Source: a virus. Taken from it: 64,000 nucleotides of DNA. The stretch is from the UHGV virus genome UHGV-1374697. One strand, given 5' to 3'. The number at the start of each line of letters is the position of its first letter. Positions within the stretch are counted from its first letter, which is position 1. Under the pieces are notes generated by a model. That model made no database searches. It saw only the letters and a program-made list of their open reading frames with translations, and had not been told where the DNA came from. Below, in pieces: positions 11,301 through 18,887 of this stretch. Both the position numbers and the translations under genes were made by a program.

Positions 11301-12308
11301 AAGGTTGGCGAGTTCAGCAAAAACATTCCCAGTAAATGAAGGTGCTGAATCAGAGAATTCGCCAACGCCAAGCTCCCCCACGCTCGTTTGGCTGGGGGTT
11401 TTCTTCTGCAAGCCCTCTGTCGAAGCGGCCCGGTATTTGTTGTAGAGAGACTTCGCGGCTCGGTAGTTGTCAATGTCTTCGCGCCTAATCGTATTGATGA
11501 CGCTTTCTATTTCTTCTGCGGTGTAAGCAATAGGTGCGGTCTCGATGGCTTGCGCCGTAGGTTTACCAGACACAACATCTAGATTCGAGTTGAGGTAATC
11601 CTTCCGGGCCTTTTCCATTGTGTTTGCAATGGATTTGGCCACCGCCTTTGCGTCCCGGTTTCTGTCCGCGGCAATGGCGAGGAACTTTTCCGTTACCACG
11701 GGGTTCCCATCTTCTCCACTTCCGAAGCCAGAGCGGGATAAGAAGGCGGGGTGCGTAGGCGTAAGCTCGGAAGAAGACACAACGGTAATTCCCGTATTGT
11801 TGGCAAGCTTCTTAAGGGCCTCACTATCGCCGCGGGAAGCGGCCTTCAAATCAACCAGCGCATCTTCGCCGCGGTCTACGTAATCTTTCGCGTCATCAAT
11901 CTCGACGAAGTTGAATCCACGGTTTCCACGGTTCAAGACACCGAGGGCTTTCTGCTCTTCCGCGGCTTGCCATCCGGCTTCCGTATGCGCCCTGCTCTTC
12001 TTGTCCCATTCCGCTTCATTTGCATCCTTGGCTTTCTGTGCCTGTTCCTTCTCAAAGTCATCGACAGACTTAAAGAGGAAGGTGTCATAGTCTGCGGTCG
12101 CCGTCGCTCCCTTCTCGGCACGGGTCTGTCTCTTTTCCGCTAACCTTTGCTCGCGGTCCAGTGCTTTCTGTTCTCGGTCCTGCTGTTTCTGCGCTTGCGT
12201 CTCTTGCCACGCGGCGTGCCTTTCTGCGGCACGTGATTCACGCGCGATACTACTTCCCGACGTCGGAGTGAAGTCGGACATATTGGCGGTACTAAAATCG
12301 ATGGCCAT
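2382..12308 (-). CDS. giant multidomain virion or ejection protein (3308 aa) with a zincin-like HExxH motif; candidate polyvalent or internal virion protein
   Basis: Uninterrupted 9.9-kb ORF at the distal end of the late operon, after other large structural ORFs. HEVIH (VLHEVIHLIDRHL) is encoded at 7507-7521, reading on the minus strand. The N-terminal 150 aa are highly charged and coiled-coil. I found no DxDGD (double-psi beta-barrel RNA polymerase) or T7-like RNA polymerase motif by eye. Confidence 0.85.
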   Translation of the reverse strand: MAIDFSTANMSDFTPTSGSSIARESRAAERHAAWQETQAQKQQDREQKALDREQRLAEKRQTRAEKGATATADYDTFLFKSVDDFEKEQAQKAKDANEAEWDKKSRAHTEAGWQAAEEQKALGVLNRGNRGFNFVEIDDAKDYVDRGEDALVDLKAASRGDSEALKKLANNTGITVVSSSELTPTHPAFLSRSGFGSGEDGNPVVTEKFLAIAADRNRDAKAVAKSIANTMEKARKDYLNSNLDVVSGKPTAQAIETAPIAYTAEEIESVINTIRREDIDNYRAAKSLYNKYRAASTEGLQKKTPSQTSVGELGVGEFSDSAPSFTGNVFAELANLSKSPSKMFQLVRDYGDYLSRNSGSYISGNRALTDISGMVEAGNLDLNQRPQVKNPDGSVSTVRSMSIGVDDKEYLIPTVSEDGRLLTEKEAIEQFRKTGKHLGVFDSPESATAYAKQLHTDQAKLISKKEKPVEDRIREQIETADKIVRRLEEDYTGLPYLELRDALLNPEAAASALLSLVPGADMDAIRARAKVIAEEVHRQKDRPLTVENPEQIGMSEAILEAVATRFPGVPKSALRQAGVTKLIQDYTAKATPKGTLMDAVKGALANYRSTAGQIADVLTFQPDNSVGKYADPMSLMEWRKGTKRGTWWYGMPGGPSFEVGPERLKEYMDQYHIESTRDALNSLSHAARMGDLGVGRGSLFVYNPHTKEVDTNATLELNPNALYNDKLMDQSIEALRASGADEGLINRTIEKFQNLRKKSAQELVKDNIALDETLGTLRDTWLGSGLQFNPILTESMKHLDKHLSFKNFYNEQKEAGKSDEDILSAWQEKGQDTINSVLRGLQIGTHKAIDLGTSTAYGALLFAQNAVGSRAAMEHTRTLWDQLNKKQEAEAELVRGNILADYTAEIANLGYQMVATAGAGKVGGLAGRALERTALNKFMKATANVVAKRAEALVPAARPGLAGRLSGTIQRNLDNLAALNLERAGAGAGVNLSIISQVAPNAYSDIFYTIYDREMEGKEPTAENLNRAQSIANMRALFGAALVSTGSTLINNRAGMDSYMRKIIGAKNLRGQSPFQTLERKIAGWRSKPFKEMNTKEKTFAVASYLYSTSKAVVEGATEELTDEFQEWAFTELVKNGEISESSIATTDQVISTGMKIAFLGGIGGYVGSHLAGEGNIRFQTEAVPTLDVKDATSMLPDITKDASNIIEETGKAITKNNVPESLVETGKKVIEIAGEKGDAAEVAREWVDKSIAHESLAVSDETRKAWVEGATRMGISNFTQFRNLVERASEIYTYEGSAAASSFMAEAINDLPNTLSFPNKENLDTMRTMLSEALDAMGDRVQVIEVDDDLSIITTGDEDLDAAINVINGLTEPTATTATTATAEPKESPVAIARKERDNAIAPVAAMVETGVVTPSSVETVDNMDAAIASFDSNTGAWLSYGTPLERGAKLVSLNEMTGINAPMITSNTGETIVIAPHASMYNTGEGGTPSTKWGDKVSALNLPTDGTGANAYGILSDLQVNASPAQAAAIDGVLRALHAAGLDVAIRATNAPANISSPASITYMNGTDGKLVGGVIDLYVNRDNPIESVTGTVLHEVIHLIDRHLRTTNTDYSQRMDRIRSAIAENYNNIVDSLSAMYDASVDINEMNAIAALASDLNYGLRGPDEFASVAFSNPVMNFMVAEASGDNITITDLARYAEAAGGRKPIHVRLVEWLKDLIRDVRQTADDMDGTTAAERAAEWDSYVARVADMTPGKWFDMPRTPSWKVDDTDYTMGNGVDYFNPMAYETDMTRRLSFGLGAEIIGTNAGNWVTSIKNGWLGVTKNWDKAGINVKSEEQKLIVLEQMANVNAAYERSIKRIDKIGDMLQRRADNLGWDAATRKKWSKSILDMSGNMDNDIDPETVARINAEAQAEVRQHEQTRDFRIALAKKTVTDAVNRHAEAVRLANSLALNSEGRLEINDMMRRIKDMSGKGYGAMLDKQVALPMLSQQIHKSLSDLGSRISATGNANLEATYFGLARDTQNYLADMINEVDSPFSMDELLDRWSNLRNDYLYAESTNHPAIAPMIQDIAKARAEAKQIIREAKEDFYAATKKAGVTRAGVATPAGSVWLKRDNAILNARRQKQAEYMAKRDAAEQWLLSQGVVGQLVHNVIADSRKEIAATQISIAKLIGDSRMADNAAEMNYLHRTYMAVGRHAGDFTRTMKDIIANPNGELAQKYDGLTKLLQEAAISHAEAHQRELSENVSQVLDNMQALAALHDELKLPLVSAPPRASANYKLLFEGVAKNYRNREILDFIQNNFGAVQMLADLRDGHNISAIYDKAMSMIAQADYRTKSKMTETKETLDRNARDSFLAEVFSDLPGETIADKIGSLESPASVASEVNKAIPTIPTSAIDQIWNTPDMNAAERLDKTLNLLRGQAGILMRANNMGNVISATDLKVLQYPELSRLAVNDAMKAIDEVLSKKRTNEDALAQRKRLPEWQRKAMYELSDLTIGDAIGTLQNTLSMQSKIAVNQLLADEYASVLKAQGVVVPPNSTNRTSDMVEISLKNTKNALNGMYADKDVADAIYHIYRPSDDILNSRTDDYKKVREYWQKSGKGQGWWSKAGGLANLSVLIASPNSTLRNLYGTVAQMTHAGALPFTGSKDIANLVGDWVQLRKLRRLSQGKDLASQASADRLLAAEDRYNEKIRYWQELGLLDAGQGEFLRNVWKSDEFSKMAGEFEEVNEDSFFKLAEALNEKQERTKGEVAKDAAKMAGKVVAWPIKTMSFAYGLPDAAAKIVLFTNQRAIADTQLKVQLARAMGKDNPNARDQILLDASQTTQSWDAYVDRYTAHMVKSLLPTGSRTPSWVKTLNIVAAPFFMFQYHTFQSVAYNLGHAIGEGVDGVWAINNGMKKEGAYLLGRAILRAAGSFGTISATSAVSSWVARQIIASVLGDDDDRKIIDDAEVMRKLADSGLIPDYDKFGDLIGIIDMKRHEFEYLNLEYMNPFKTIRVLAKTLPSLFMDMDVDKWGMNKVAELKNLLENTVLEESLLLNTATELFNEEDFNYKHSLSGDESVNVLPAVGNAILLAAGLNPSFGSGHTWQVLERFATVANKKIPVYGWAVKSGKQMFSDTPDMSAAAYGLQTLGAGLRRPKDLTEALAAGLKNANAAVTKSKRMSVLRPDFYKRMESGVDVESMEAAETADAVKNFTKLVNSVRFVTEITNMLDPALRKEVLASAIESSGMSAKTYGAAMKGIMPYIISPQAGREAIAKLNRELQKSNTTDEGKRLIEEQKKLIINLMRKGSIQIDGALSAEEIHNRMKQ

Positions 12309-12336
12309 GTTTGTTGAGTATTAGTATAATAAGTTT

Positions 12337-12379
12337 GCCCCACTCATGTGGGTCTTCAACATCCTATCATGAGTGGGGC
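12337..12379 (-). promoter_or_regulatory. 12-bp perfect inverted repeat (stem-loop) in the 102-nt gap upstream of the giant ORF
   Basis: GCCCCACTCATG-N19-CATGAGTGGGGC. On the minus strand it lies between the stop of 12411..13568 and the ATG at 12308. It is followed by AAACTTATTATAC rather than a clean T-run, so it may be an attenuator or an RNA processing or stability element. Confidence 0.4.
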
Positions 12380-12410
12380 GAGGGTCAAGTGAAATATTAA
12401 TTATGACAAT

Positions 12411-13568
12411 TTATTTTCGGAAGTCCAAGTGAGTGAACTCCGGTCCCTTCATCAGTTCAGTGTAGAGGGTGAGCCTCGCTTGCGGGTCTTTCTTCCGCAG
12501 GGCCTGATACAGGGCGTACTGGCGGGCGAAGCGGGGGTCCCGGATGTTGAGCCGATTCCTGAACATGTTGCTAAGTTCCTTTATTTTGGCTCGTTCCAAT
12601 TTTTCGAGGGTCTTAATCTCCTTGCCATACTTTTCCGGCTGGGCATACATGGTTCGGACGCGGAGGTATGTTTGCGCCTGTGCTCTTGCTTCGGGACTGG
12701 CCGTATCATCCCTCAAGGTTCGTAGCATATTCTCGGCAGTTCCAGTACCCGCAGTCGTCGGGACGCTCGTGGGTACGGGAGCATTGCCAGAGGGGAGAGC
12801 AGAGGCGGGGAACCTAGAGCCGGAGGGGGCGGCAGTGGTTCCCGCCGCTGGTGTGGCAGTGGTGGTTCCCGCGGTAGCTCCCGCGGCGGTTCCCGCGGCG
12901 GGCGCATTCTTGGTCCGGCTCTCTACAAACTTGCTATATATCGCGTTCCTCTGCGCTTCCGGCATGGACATAAATACCTTGTACTTCTCCGGGCCAAGCA
13001 TCTTCTCCGCATGTGCATAGAACCCAGCCGTGGAGGTGTCGGGGCTAGCGGTTGGAGCGGAAGCCGTCGCTTGCCGGGGCGTAGCCGTCGCTTGCGTCGG
13101 CATAGTCGGAGATATGACGGGCATCAATCCCCTGCTTATGTTCTGGTCCACGCCACGAAGCATGAGCCTGTCCTCCGCAGAGAGTTTCCCCGCCGCGGCT
13201 TGTTGCATGCCCGCCGCATAGGTTGCCCGTTGCTGGGCGGCGTAGGCCGCGCTGTTGGGGTCGACCGCTCCGGGCGTTGCTGGTTCAGTAATCCCCCGCC
13301 CATAGGGACTAGGAGACTGGGCCGCCGCGGGAGCCGCGGATGCCGGGGGATTCTTGATGCCGTGGTTACTATTGGCCGCGGCGATGGTGTTCATCTCCTT
13401 CGCGTCGACGGGTTTGTTCGGGTCGTTGTTATTCATTGGACGGAGGGGGATGTCGGGGTTCGTCTTCGGAAGCACCTCGTCCATCGTCTTCTGCTTAATG
13501 GACTTGGCGGCGGGGATACCCCCGCGCGCGCTCGTCTCACTGGATATATCTGTTCTCTTGGTTGGCAT
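12411..13568 (-). CDS. low-complexity Ala/Thr/Pro-rich protein (385 aa), possibly an internal virion protein
   Basis: Long ORF, contiguous with its neighbours, with a strong A/T/P compositional bias and a basic helical C-terminus. Confidence 0.55.
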   Translation of the reverse strand: MPTKRTDISSETSARGGIPAAKSIKQKTMDEVLPKTNPDIPLRPMNNNDPNKPVDAKEMNTIAAANSNHGIKNPPASAAPAAAQSPSPYGRGITEPATPGAVDPNSAAYAAQQRATYAAGMQQAAAGKLSAEDRLMLRGVDQNISRGLMPVISPTMPTQATATPRQATASAPTASPDTSTAGFYAHAEKMLGPEKYKVFMSMPEAQRNAIYSKFVESRTKNAPAAGTAAGATAGTTTATPAAGTTAAPSGSRFPASALPSGNAPVPTSVPTTAGTGTAENMLRTLRDDTASPEARAQAQTYLRVRTMYAQPEKYGKEIKTLEKLERAKIKELSNMFRNRLNIRDPRFARQYALYQALRKKDPQARLTLYTELMKGPEFTHLDFRK

Positions 13569-13573
13569 TGGAG

Positions 13574-14317
13574 TTACATAAGGTTAAGTCCGGGGCACTG
13601 CATGATGCCGCCGTTCTGAATAATGTTCGGAGCCTGATACGTGCCCTGACGATATTTGCGCAGGTGGTCGTTCAGGTATTTGACGGCAAGGCCGTAGCTG
13701 TCCGTCCCCATTTGGGTATTGCCCTGCTCGTTATAGACCACGGCCAGCATCATCGCCTTCAATGCAGGAAGACATCCGGGGTAGATACGAACCTCCTTGT
13801 CCTCCCATGCCGCGTCATCATAAATGTTAAGGGACAGGCCGCGCAATGCGCACCGTGCCGAAACCGTCATGACGTTGCTCGCGGGGTTGTCGTTGATGCC
13901 GTTACTGCCCGACAGGACAGAATAGGTGCGGAGGTTCTGTTCATTCAGCCCCATGTCCAGCATGATAGCATGATAGCCGCTATCGTGCTTGGGATATTCG
14001 GAACGGAACCAAGTATTGCTTTCGAACATGGCCCGGTCAATGATGTGGTATTTCTTGCCACTGGGCGACCATGCCTCGACAATACTATCATACTCTTCGG
14101 GCAGGGAGATAGAACCCCCGCGAGGGATTCCTTCAAAGTCCAAGGTATCCACGGAATCCGGGGATACCGTGGCCTCATTGAGCAGGAGGTTCTGCGCTTC
14201 CTTCAATATGCGACGGAAGTCAACATTGGACTTTGACGGAGGCTGGTTTGTAATGAGCATGCAAAGCTCGTCACAAACATTGCGATAGGTCAAATAGGAT
14301 TTGGTAACGAATGCCAT
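13574..14317 (-). CDS. hypothetical protein (247 aa)
   Basis: ORF packed between the 985-aa and 385-aa ORFs with gaps of 4-5 nt. Confidence 0.55.
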   Translation of the reverse strand: MAFVTKSYLTYRNVCDELCMLITNQPPSKSNVDFRRILKEAQNLLLNEATVSPDSVDTLDFEGIPRGGSISLPEEYDSIVEAWSPSGKKYHIIDRAMFESNTWFRSEYPKHDSGYHAIMLDMGLNEQNLRTYSVLSGSNGINDNPASNVMTVSARCALRGLSLNIYDDAAWEDKEVRIYPGCLPALKAMMLAVVYNEQGNTQMGTDSYGLAVKYLNDHLRKYRQGTYQAPNIIQNGGIMQCPGLNLM

Positions 14318-14321
14318 AAGT

Positions 14322-17213
14322 TTAACTGGGTGGATAAATGGTTACTTTCTTGCACATCATGCCCCCGTTCCACGGTGATGCGTAATAGGAGGTCACAGGT
14401 TTCCAATCTGTGTGGGTAGTCCCCGGAAAGTTCATATTAAACCCGCCGGGAAGCCACTTGGCGTCCTGACTGCCAACGGTTACTGATATAGTCAGCGGGC
14501 CGTGGAGGCATGCGGGCAGACGGTAATCGCAAAGCGGCGAAGAGAAATACCCACTGTTCGTCGTGAACTGTACCGACGTCCCAAGGCCCCAGCCTTTAGG
14601 CCACGTGCCATCGGGGGAGAAGGCTTCCTCTACCACGGCGGTGCAGGGGCCGGAGTAACTGTCCCGCATCATCTTGGTCTGCGGGAAGTACTTGCCCTCC
14701 TGTCTGCCGGAGAGGTCGGGCCTTGTATCCCACGGAATCCAATTAACCGAACCGAACACGGCGGGGAAACTGTAGTTCATTGTCGTGGTATATTTTTTGT
14801 AGTACCCGATTCCCGGAACCTGCATGTAACTATCTACGGCGTAACAGGGGTTCACCCACTGGCGCAGGACGACGCGCGAAAGCTTACCACCCGTCGCGAC
14901 CTTCTTAAAGGTAGACCCTGTAAGGTCGCACAGGGTAAGATTAAATTGGAAATAGGGGAACTTTTGTCCGCTGTAGGATAGCGTCAGTTTATTGACTACC
15001 GCCGCATTGAGAACATAATCCCCGGCATGGTATTCCTGCTTGACGGCACGGGTGTTCTGAACCGTAAGAACCTTTTGCGTATCTAGGTCTACAGTTTCTA
15101 CGGCAATGTCGAATGCCTTCTCCCCGTTAATCAGAATGGGAATAGTGCCATTGATTGCAGACCCTTTGGGATTAGCTATGACTACTAGGTTAAGCCACCC
15201 ATTGGTAATGTCCAGATACGCCCCCTGTATCCCGGAAGGAAGAGACCCTACGGAGAACATCATTTCAGAAGTATACGAAGCGTCGCGTTGCCTGAAGCTA
15301 GTACCTTGGAGCAGTCCTACGGGGAAGGTCCAAGTTTCGTCCGCAACAATTTCAGCATACAGGGTGGACTGAATAATAGCCTCCATATCTGCCTTAACCT
15401 GTCCGTCTTCGGTGTACCACGGACCTTGTGGGGTGATGGAGAAGTATGCGTAGTCAAGCTGGAATGTTCCCGGCGAATAGGACGTAGGATAGCTGTTCTG
15501 AATATATACGTTCCACCATCGTTTATTGCGGAAATAGATGCCGAAATTTCCTCCCCTGTCAGCGTGAGAACTATTGAGCTGACCCTTAATAATCCCGCTA
15601 ATGCCCATAAAACCTTGGTACTCCGGATAGTTAGGGTCGTTCATGCCATAGTTCAAATAGGGAATGCCCAGTATCTCGGTAGGGGTTACGGAATCTTCTT
15701 GAACCGTCAGTTCCCAAGATTCCACATTTTCAATCGTGGTCCACTTCGTGTCTGGGACGGTGACGGGAACCAGAGTAACAGGTTCCTCCAGCTTCCGGGC
15801 ATAGTAGGCATTACCCACGGCATCCGTGTATTTGGTGAATCCTTCCTTCTGCCAATCAGTATCGAAGTCAGTGCTCGGTTCGTGCACAATCTTCCGCAGT
15901 ACAGGATAGACCTGATTGGTTATCCTATCGAACGAGGATTCCCAGAATTCATCAATCTGGTCGTAGGTGGTGCAACTCTTTCGCGTTTCCTTGTGGCTAT
16001 ATCCTTCATGTACTACCACAGAGGAATCTACACGCCATTGGCTACAGTTCTCGCCGGGGTCGGGAGGGTCAATCGCAGGGACATCGCCGTTCGCTGTCCA
16101 GTCAACGGACTGGCTAGTCGTCACGGTTGTGTTGATGCACCGGACAAAACGGGAATCCGGGTTACAACAATTACCGGAGAGGCTGTTCTGTTCCTCTTTC
16201 TCCGCAATGTTACTGTTCCGTTTGTACATAGATACAAGGGTGTACATCTGCGTACTCGGATAACTGCCCTTGTCCCAGCCAGCACTAACGGGTTTATTGT
16301 CCAGTTCAAGGAGGGGCATGTGAGGAATGCGGGCCTGTCCCGGTTCCTTCCCTCCACCGTCGACAGGCCAAAGCGGCGCGGCCCAGACCTCCCTCGATAA
16401 CTTAATTGCAGTCTGCGCCACCCATTCAGATTCGGGCAGGGCTGTTCCCGGACCGCCTTCATCCCACACCGTATCTCCCTTCTGCCAAATGTTATAAGGG
16501 ACGAACTCTTTAACCACCGGGCCGGGCAGGGTTTTATACACACGGATGACCTTACGAAAGTACTTGCGCAGGTGTTCCTCTTCGAACTGGGCTACTTCTT
16601 CATATACCAGCTGGGCATCATATGCCGTGTAGAAATGCTGGTCATAGAAGTCAGGGTCAAGCTTTTCGTTGCTGGGGTCAAACGAGCCAAGGGGGAGCGG
16701 GGCATACGCGGAATCCGTGGGTTCCACCCATTCCCGTGTAATCTCGTAGAAGTCCTTCAACTCTTCCGTGTCTGCATCCGGCCCCATGAACTTACCCGTA
16801 GCGGCAGTATCTTTCAACGTATAGCCGTCACGGATTTTCTTCATGTCCTGAATGTTATATCGGAACTGCTGTTCCGGCGGGACCATGTAGTAGAAACGAT
16901 AAACGTGCTGTCTCGCCGCCTCATTGACGGGTTCGACATGCACGAGAACTGCATCCCGCATGAACGGGAGGAAGGTCGTACCTGCGGTGGGTACGAACGG
17001 GGTTCCCAATTCAATGGTAATCTCGCTGGGATTCTTGGCAATCCTCTCAACGAAGAACATCACGTTCTTTACCACAGGAGTGGGAAAGTTAATTATCGGC
17101 TCACCCATTGGCCTGTCAGGACTGAACCCATTGCGCCACGAGGAATCCGTGGTTCCAATGGGTATCGTCGGAGGCTGTGGGTTGGAGGCCGGAGTGTTAG
17201 GAATTAAGGCCAT
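14322..17213 (-). CDS. large structural protein (tail or ejection candidate, about 963 aa)
   Basis: Long ORF. The first in-frame ATG at 17279 gives an implausible MCTCCGHPRF N-terminus that overlaps the upstream gene. The ATG at 17213 (MALIPNTPASNP...) has an A-rich leader and abuts the upstream stop at 17197. Confidence 0.6.
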   Translation of the reverse strand: MALIPNTPASNPQPPTIPIGTTDSSWRNGFSPDRPMGEPIINFPTPVVKNVMFFVERIAKNPSEITIELGTPFVPTAGTTFLPFMRDAVLVHVEPVNEAARQHVYRFYYMVPPEQQFRYNIQDMKKIRDGYTLKDTAATGKFMGPDADTEELKDFYEITREWVEPTDSAYAPLPLGSFDPSNEKLDPDFYDQHFYTAYDAQLVYEEVAQFEEEHLRKYFRKVIRVYKTLPGPVVKEFVPYNIWQKGDTVWDEGGPGTALPESEWVAQTAIKLSREVWAAPLWPVDGGGKEPGQARIPHMPLLELDNKPVSAGWDKGSYPSTQMYTLVSMYKRNSNIAEKEEQNSLSGNCCNPDSRFVRCINTTVTTSQSVDWTANGDVPAIDPPDPGENCSQWRVDSSVVVHEGYSHKETRKSCTTYDQIDEFWESSFDRITNQVYPVLRKIVHEPSTDFDTDWQKEGFTKYTDAVGNAYYARKLEEPVTLVPVTVPDTKWTTIENVESWELTVQEDSVTPTEILGIPYLNYGMNDPNYPEYQGFMGISGIIKGQLNSSHADRGGNFGIYFRNKRWWNVYIQNSYPTSYSPGTFQLDYAYFSITPQGPWYTEDGQVKADMEAIIQSTLYAEIVADETWTFPVGLLQGTSFRQRDASYTSEMMFSVGSLPSGIQGAYLDITNGWLNLVVIANPKGSAINGTIPILINGEKAFDIAVETVDLDTQKVLTVQNTRAVKQEYHAGDYVLNAAVVNKLTLSYSGQKFPYFQFNLTLCDLTGSTFKKVATGGKLSRVVLRQWVNPCYAVDSYMQVPGIGYYKKYTTTMNYSFPAVFGSVNWIPWDTRPDLSGRQEGKYFPQTKMMRDSYSGPCTAVVEEAFSPDGTWPKGWGLGTSVQFTTNSGYFSSPLCDYRLPACLHGPLTISVTVGSQDAKWLPGGFNMNFPGTTHTDWKPVTSYYASPWNGGMMCKKVTIYPPS

Positions 17214-17709
17214 GTATATTGGTTTGATAGAACGGCATGATTGCACCGGGAAGCGGGGGTGTCCACAACATGTGCACATGTCCGTTCAACGTTAATTGCA
17301 TTGGTTCTCCCCGCTGAAAACTTACTGTTTCGCCCCGATAATAGGTGCGGTTTGTTCTCCTGTCAATAACATATCCTCGTATGACAAGTAATTTATGGCT
17401 TCTCTCCGCGTCAATGATTCTTGGCAGTTGAACTTCTTCACGAGTTTTAACCTGTGTAACCGAAGAGGTAAGGGTTTCTCCGTCATAACGAATTCCTACT
17501 TTCCCTCGTAAAAAATAGGCCCATTGGTTTCGGGGCAGTTTTAGCTCACCCTCGCGACCAAGAGGAAGGGAGGCATAGAACCGATTCCTTGAGCGGAGTT
17601 TTTCAGTACACGCACGGATGCTTTCCTGTAATTGATTAAGATTCCGAGACAACTCGTTTTCGAGTTGTTCCTGCTCGGGGCTTTTTCGGAACAGATTGAA
17701 TAGTTTCAT
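17197..17709 (-). CDS. hypothetical protein (170 aa)
   Basis: ORF overlapping the upstream gene by 74 nt. There is no alternative internal ATG, so the true start may be a non-ATG codon. Confidence 0.45.
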   Translation of the reverse strand: MKLFNLFRKSPEQEQLENELSRNLNQLQESIRACTEKLRSRNRFYASLPLGREGELKLPRNQWAYFLRGKVGIRYDGETLTSSVTQVKTREEVQLPRIIDAERSHKLLVIRGYVIDRRTNRTYYRGETVSFQRGEPMQLTLNGHVHMLWTPPLPGAIMPFYQTNIHGLNS

Positions 17710-18058
17710 TTCTGTCGGAGGGGGGTGTATCTTGTTGCGAGATAGCGCAGAAGGCGCGGTCGATTATCTCTTCATGGTCGCTTCGTAGATTGTCTATTTT
17801 TCCATGTAATTGGTCTAGAGAATCATCCAACTCGGATATAACTCTTAGAGCTTCTTGCAATAATATGAGAAAGGACTTCTCCTTGTCAAGACTAAACTCT
17901 ATCTTTTTTGAGAGGTACTTATATGCCAGCTTTACTGCCACGTAAATAACTCCCACAAATACGAGATATGCGGGAGACATTTCATCGACGATACGAGTGA
18001 GAAACAATGCCCACACGTTGCCGTCAGTAGCATTAAGCTGTGCGATGAAATTAAACAT
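17636..18058 (-). CDS. membrane protein with an N-terminal transmembrane segment and a coiled-coil (holin or i-spanin-like lysis accessory candidate)
   Basis: 140 aa. The hydrophobic segment AYLVFVGVIYVAVKLAYKYL is followed by a coiled-coil (LQEALRVISELDDSLDQLHGKIDNLR). It lies immediately downstream of the endolysin candidate. Confidence 0.45.
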   Translation of the reverse strand: MFNFIAQLNATDGNVWALFLTRIVDEMSPAYLVFVGVIYVAVKLAYKYLSKKIEFSLDKEKSFLILLQEALRVISELDDSLDQLHGKIDNLRSDHEEIIDRAFCAISQQDTPPSDRNETIQSVPKKPRAGTTRKRVVSES

Positions 18059-18125
18059 GGCGGCAAGGAATTACCTCACCGCCATGTTAGCATTTGGGAT
18101 TTAATGGGTCAAGGAAATTCCCCGC

Positions 18126-18887
18126 TTATTTCCTTGACAACAGAGTTAGGGCGTAAGCATGTCGCGCATTGCATCGGTTGGACCAGCCGGAGAGAAACTT
18201 CGCCTTCACTGGATTGGCCCTTACAATGGAACAGTAGCGGGCACGACAAGCACGGTCCAGCGAATCGAGAACTTCCTTTTCATCCCATGATTGAATGGCG
18301 TCTGTCCATTTGGCTTGAGTATTTTTCCCCCACTTGCCATCAATACCAATGTCGAGCATGCGCTGGACGACCTTAGTCGTTCCCGCCACGCCCATGTTGA
18401 AGGTCATGTCACGAAGCATGAACTCAATGGCGTAGCATCCTGCAACTCCCTTGGCAACCAGTGGTTCCGTATTGGCGAGAACATAGCGGAGGCATTCATC
18501 CCATGCCGCATCCCTGTCGCCCCGGTCCATCATGGATTTGATTAGATTGAATTCCTTGGGTTCAATCCCATCACAGATACCGGCAATCTCCCACTTGCCG
18601 CCGCCATCACCCGAGGGGAGGCGAGTTACGCGCAGAGAATCGGGACCTGTAATCTTGTAGTCCTCCATGTTGAGAATCTTCTTTGCCATGTCCTTGCGGA
18701 CAAGCTCGGCCGGAGGTTCCACGGGACCCGCGGATACCGGGGAATCGTTGGGTTGTTCATCGGGTTCCACGGAAACCGTGGGTTGTATCTTCTTCCATAT
18801 AGCATCAATGGTCTTATCACCAAGGATACCGTCGGGTGAAGTTCCCGCCCACTTCTGTATTTCCTTTATCTTGTCTTTCCTTGTCAT
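18126..18887 (-). CDS. putative endolysin or peptidoglycan-binding lysis enzyme
   Basis: 253 aa. The N-terminal WAGTSPDGILGDKTIDAIWKKIQ matches the PG_binding_1-type motif (DGxxGxxTxxAl). A second related motif occurs as IDGKWGKNTQAKWTDAIQ. I did not match the catalytic domain to a specific family. Confidence 0.5.
   Translation of the reverse strand: MTRKDKIKEIQKWAGTSPDGILGDKTIDAIWKKIQPTVSVEPDEQPNDSPVSAGPVEPPAELVRKDMAKKILNMEDYKITGPDSLRVTRLPSGDGGGKWEIAGICDGIEPKEFNLIKSMMDRGDRDAAWDECLRYVLANTEPLVAKGVAGCYAIEFMLRDMTFNMGVAGTTKVVQRMLDIGIDGKWGKNTQAKWTDAIQSWDEKEVLDSLDRACRARYCSIVRANPVKAKFLSGWSNRCNARHAYALTLLSRK

Noticed and set aside
2382-12308. Giant ORF as a crAss-like or N4-like virion RNA polymerase
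   Set aside because: I could not find a DxDGD (DPBB) catalytic motif or T7-like motifs A, B or C (R...K...YG, HD) by reading the translation. Only an HExxH zincin motif is evident. This remains possible with divergent motifs, so it is listed as a finding to test rather than called.
14322-17279. Longest-ORF start (17279, MCTCCGHPRF...) for the 985-aa structural gene
   Set aside because: The 22-residue extension is Cys/Arg-rich and overlaps the upstream gene by 83 nt. The ATG at 17213 has the typical A-rich context and gives a minimal overlap.
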